Source: an uncultured delta proteobacterium
Lineage (GTDB): Bacteria > Desulfobacterota > Desulfobacteria > Desulfobacterales > QNYZ01
Assembly (NCBI GenBank): GCA_963845145.1
Contig: CAWJQU010000006.1
Coordinates: forward strand, 1-64,000
Direction of reading: 5' to 3'
Length of the DNA: 64,000 bases
Part shown: piece after piece, positions 60,359 through 64,000 of the stretch
Numbering within the stretch: the first letter of the stretch is position 1
How the letters are laid out: each line of letters starts with the position of its first letter
Notes under the pieces: generated by a model
Databases searched by the model: none
The model's input: the letters and a program-made list of their open reading frames with translations, nothing else
Told to the model about the DNA's origin: nothing
Position numbers and translations under genes: made by a program

Positions 60359-60742
60359 TTAAATCACTGTGACAAAGCTCCGGCACTCCTGTAGCAAATG
60401 GCTGGTCTCCTTTCTTAACGCAGCCGTGGCCGCATCCGTAACTTCCGTAGGTGTCTGATTGATATAGACGGTAAGAATAGTTCTGTAGTCTGGATAAATT
60501 CTTGTGAGCAATCGCGACAGAAGCCCGAGGAAAGGGAAAAAAATGACTACACCCAGAATGTTAAAAAGTGTATGAAAAAGGGCCAGCCCCATCAAACTGT
60601 CGGTACGTATATCCACTGGTGGCAATGATTCATGCCGTCAGGGGCGTACCGATATTGGACCCCATGATAACACCGTTGGCGTTTTGCACGCTCATCACTC
60701 CGGCGTCGACAAACGCCAGCACCATGAGCGAGAGTGCCGATT
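60359..60742 (-). pseudogene. Internally deleted Na/Pi cotransporter remnant
   Basis: SLMVLAFVDAG...GVIMGSNIGT followed by a stop, then joined to the distal LALFHTLFNILGV segment. Confidence 0.75.
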
Positions 60743-61777
60743 TTAGATAATTTCATCGAGTTCTGTCCCGGCTGAAAAATCGCTCAGTTCCAACTCTTCC
60801 AGTCTTTTCTGCATGGTGCCAGACTCTTCCACGGACGCAATGTTGAATAACGCTTCCCCCCGATGCACCAACGGTAAATTTGATTGACCAATCACAATGC
60901 CGGCTACTGGTGAAATAATCTTTTCCTGAGTTTCTCCAAAAGGATCACCGATGAACCCCATCACCTGGTCTTCCGAGACTTTGGTACCGAGCGAGATAAC
61001 CGAATGGTGGATTCCACTGGTTGGAGCACGAACCCACCTAGTCGTTTGTACAACGAATGGCTTAATCGGAATTTTTTTTTGCGTCCTACCGTGAAGAATC
61101 CCTATCTCCCGCATTACTGCAATGATTCCTCTGAGGCCTACTGTAATAGCCGTTTCGCTAAAACGTAACGCTTCACCACCTTCATAAAGAAGCATGGGGA
61201 TTCCCATTTCCGCAACGGCACCTCGCATGGAACCATCGCGAACACGGGCATCGATCACTACCGGTGCACCGAAAGATTCGGCCATTCGCATATTTTCAGG
61301 GTTGCTTAAATCAGCCCGGATTTGGGGCAGGTTAGCACGGTGATTTGAACCAGTATGAAAATCAATACCGTGTGTGCAGTTCTTCACAATTTCGACCATA
61401 TAGAGGTTCGCCAGCCTGGAGGCCAGGGAACCCTTTTCAGAGCCGGGAAAACATCGATTGAGGTCACGACGATCGGGCAGGTACCGTGATAGGTTTATGA
61501 ATCCGTACACATTTACCGTCGGAATCGCGATCAGGGTACCTCTTAGGTTCTGTAAAAGCTTCAATTTCAGAAGGCGGCGGATAATTTCAATGCCGTTGAT
61601 CTCATCTCCGTGGACGGCGGCGCTCACGAAAATACACGGCCCGGGTTTTCTTCCATGAATGACGTGTACGGGCATCGTCATTTCGGTTCGTGTGTAGAGG
61701 CGTGCAATGGGCAGATCAATGGTGAGCCGCTGGCCCGGTTTGATCTCCGTTTCACCAATCCAAATAGATTCTCGCAT
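60743..61777 (-). CDS. Succinylglutamate desuccinylase/aspartoacylase family protein
   Basis: AAVHGDEING, RDLNRCFPG, IDFHTG, YEGGE. Confidence 0.93.
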   Translation of the reverse strand: MRESIWIGETEIKPGQRLTIDLPIARLYTRTEMTMPVHVIHGRKPGPCIFVSAAVHGDEINGIEIIRRLLKLKLLQNLRGTLIAIPTVNVYGFINLSRYLPDRRDLNRCFPGSEKGSLASRLANLYMVEIVKNCTHGIDFHTGSNHRANLPQIRADLSNPENMRMAESFGAPVVIDARVRDGSMRGAVAEMGIPMLLYEGGEALRFSETAITVGLRGIIAVMREIGILHGRTQKKIPIKPFVVQTTRWVRAPTSGIHHSVISLGTKVSEDQVMGFIGDPFGETQEKIISPVAGIVIGQSNLPLVHRGEALFNIASVEESGTMQKRLEELELSDFSAGTELDEII

Positions 61778-61782
61778 TTGCT

Positions 61783-62691
61783 TTATCCCTCGCCACGGGT
61801 CCTAATCTTTCGGGAACTGGCGTTCTTTTGAGTGAATTCTATGATCATACCTGCAACGTCTTTTCCTGTAGCGCGTTCTATTCCCTGTAATCCCGGCGAT
61901 GAGTTAACTTCCATAACCTGGGGACCTTCATTAGAGCGGATCAAATCCACCCCGGAGACGTTCAACCCAACAACTTTTGCGGCCTTGACTGCAATCGCAC
62001 GCTCCTCTTTTGTTATTTTTACTTCGACCGCGTTCCCGCCCCGGTGGATATTGGAACGGAATTCACCCTCTTTCGCAGTCCGCATCATTGCCGCTACAAC
62101 CTTATTACCAATAACAAAGCACCTGATATCACTTCCCGCTGCTTCAGCGACAAAATCCTGAACCAGGAAGAGAGCCTTTAGCCCTCTGAAAGCTTCGATC
62201 GTGCTTTCAGCAGCCTTGTTCGTCTCCGCCAGAATAACTCCCCTGCCATGTGTACCTTCGAGAAGTTTAATTACGAGCGGAGCGCCGCCAACGAGATGAA
62301 TAAGGTCACTCGTAAACTTTGTTGAATGGGCAAATCCGGTAATCGGCAACCCAACGCCCTTGCGGGCAAGCAGCTGTAAACTTCGAAGTTTATCGCGTGA
62401 GCGACTGATGGCTACCGATTCATTGAGGCTGTAGACCCCCATCATTTCAAATTGCCGTACCACGGCAGTTCCATAAAACGTGATCGAAACGCCAATACGT
62501 GGGATAACGGCATCAAAGCCCTGTAGTGATTTTCCCATGAAATGGACACTGGGATGTGAGGAGGTGATGTTCATGTAACAACGCGCATGATCTATCACCT
62601 GCACTTCGTGACCCCTTTCCTTGGCCGCTTCAACCAAGCGCCGCGTAGAATACAATGTTTCTTTTCTGGATAAAATTCCGATTTTCATCAC
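61783..62691 (-). CDS. rimK: RimK family ATP-grasp glutamate ligase
   Basis: [43 protein letters not shown]. Confidence 0.95.
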   Translation of the reverse strand: MMKIGILSRKETLYSTRRLVEAAKERGHEVQVIDHARCYMNITSSHPSVHFMGKSLQGFDAVIPRIGVSITFYGTAVVRQFEMMGVYSLNESVAISRSRDKLRSLQLLARKGVGLPITGFAHSTKFTSDLIHLVGGAPLVIKLLEGTHGRGVILAETNKAAESTIEAFRGLKALFLVQDFVAEAAGSDIRCFVIGNKVVAAMMRTAKEGEFRSNIHRGGNAVEVKITKEERAIAVKAAKVVGLNVSGVDLIRSNEGPQVMEVNSSPGLQGIERATGKDVAGMIIEFTQKNASSRKIRTRGEG

Positions 62692-63173
62692 ATCTTCCTT
62701 TTTTTTATATCCTTTAGAAATGTACGTAATATTGAACGGCCGGTGAGGTAAGAGGCTTCGGGATCAACGGTAATACGGCTTTTCATGGCGGTACGTCCCA
62801 GCAACATACGAAACCGCATGTAAGCTCTATTAGTAAGCGAGATCTCAATGTCCCACTCATGAGAGCCAAGCTTTAATGGAACCGAAATGAAATAGCGCAG
62901 TTCTCGATTGCCCCCGGTATCCGTTACGTATCGCTGGTCTATTACACTTGCCGTGCAAAATATCTCAATGTCGTCACGTTTTTGGAGGGGATGTATGCCG
63001 AAACGGACTTTGGGTTTTTCTCCCGACTCGAATGGTTCAATTCCAAAAGCATGAAGTGACGAACTTCGGGCACCAGTGTCAAGTTTGGCCTTGATTGCTG
63101 ATATGCCAAGCGTCGGAAGAGAGACCCATTCACGCCACCCAGCATTGATTTTACTTTTTGGTTCTTTGAGCAA
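62688..63173 (-). CDS. RimK-associated putative protease (retropepsin-like)
   Basis: [30 protein letters not shown]. Confidence 0.9.
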   Translation of the reverse strand: MLKEPKSKINAGWREWVSLPTLGISAIKAKLDTGARSSSLHAFGIEPFESGEKPKVRFGIHPLQKRDDIEIFCTASVIDQRYVTDTGGNRELRYFISVPLKLGSHEWDIEISLTNRAYMRFRMLLGRTAMKSRITVDPEASYLTGRSILRTFLKDIKKRKM

Positions 63174-63454
63174 CCCTGGTCACCGCTTTTCATGGATGTT
63201 ATTTGATACAAAGAATTGCGACATTTAATAATGAATAGAAATTGTATATATCTTCATTTTATTTATCTTACAAGCTGATCTATGGGGCAACTCGAATGCC
63301 GCCTGGCCGCTACACTATTTATCATCTCCATTTTATCTGGCTACTTTTTCCAAAATTGACCAGCCCCTATTCAGGTATCCGTATTTAAAGTTAGAGTCAT
63401 GAAAAAAATCAGGATAAAGAAATGATGGCGCATCAAATAAGGCCACCAGCCATT

Positions 63455-64000
63455 TTACCAGCGAATAGTCAGTTCATATTCGTCGCACGCTTCGGACTTA
63501 TTTACAATGAATCCCAATTTCTTGCCAAGGCTGACCATACCCCGGTTTTCCTGAAGCACAAACCCCTTGATCGTTTTAAACCCACTGGACTTGGCGATAT
63601 CAAGACATTTTTTTAGGAGAAGGGCCCCAATGCCTTTCCCGTGCCAAGGATCTCCAACGAGAACGGCAAATTCCCCGGATTTTCCGTCCGCATCACCCAT
63701 AATCCGGGCCACACCGAACATTCTCTCTTTTTGTTCATCGGCACCGAGGGCCACAAGGGCGATATCGCGATCATAGTCAATTTGGGTAAACCGGGCCAGC
63801 ATGGTTGGGCTGAGTCGTTTCATGGGGCTGAAAAAACGGTAGTAGATACTGGTGGGGGAGAGGTTATCAAACAGCTCGCGAAACAAGGGGGCATCTTCCG
63901 GCCTGACAGGTCGAATGAAAATGGGAAGGCCCTCTTTGACGGTTGTTTTGGATTCATATTCAACCGGGTAGGGGCTGATGACAAGATGGTGGGAGGACGA
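63455..64000 (-). CDS. C-terminal GNAT domain of a Pat-type acyl-CoA synthetase/acetyltransferase (runs off window end)
   Basis: HLVISPYP...IRPVRPED...YYRFF...RFTQIDYDRDIALVA...WHGKGIG. Confidence 0.9.
   Translation of the reverse strand, partial: SSSHHLVISPYPVEYESKTTVKEGLPIFIRPVRPEDAPLFRELFDNLSPTSIYYRFFSPMKRLSPTMLARFTQIDYDRDIALVALGADEQKERMFGVARIMGDADGKSGEFAVLVGDPWHGKGIGALLLKKCLDIAKSSGFKTIKGFVLQENRGMVSLGKKLGFIVNKSEACDEYELTIRW

Overview
This 64-kb window comes from a deltaproteobacterial chromosome, probably Desulfobacterota (inferred from hgcAB, hdrCBA, sigma54 systems and the argH-lipoprotein-dapF-folK-pgsA-tRNA-Gly/Cys order). Several conserved genes carry single-base frameshifts, which suggests uncorrected long-read indels. 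(1) 1-3.4 kb: housekeeping genes and two tRNAs. (2) About 3.4-25.1 kb: a genomic island bounded by tRNA-Cys and a diverged copy of its 3' end. It begins with a compact phage-satellite-like head-packaging module: regulators, Rep-like gene, iterons, HNH, TerL, protease-capsid fusion and portal. No tail, lysis, integrase or separate TerS gene is visible. The portal is cut by an inverted-repeat-bounded HUH/RAYT-type transposase. The rest of the island is peptide-utilisation cargo (Dpp ABC transporter, peptidases, Tat amidohydrolase, Tat ferredoxin plus AOR) and two palindromic REP-like elements. (3) 25-47 kb: S8 protease with a stand-alone prodomain lipoprotein, cinA, DUF2318 ABC exporter, arsR-hgcA-hgcB (mercury methylation), MOSC-hdrCBA, metY/X/W, and a sigma54 two-component system with archaemetzincin and a lipoyl-less GcvH-like protein. 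(4) 47-64 kb: an Lrp-panB-unknown-aminotransferase operon, dksA, a DUF1538/PII/DHH/USP/diadenylate cyclase cluster, a rimK cluster, and the 3' end of a Pat-type acetyltransferase. All family calls are from motif recognition by eye; no database searches were run.
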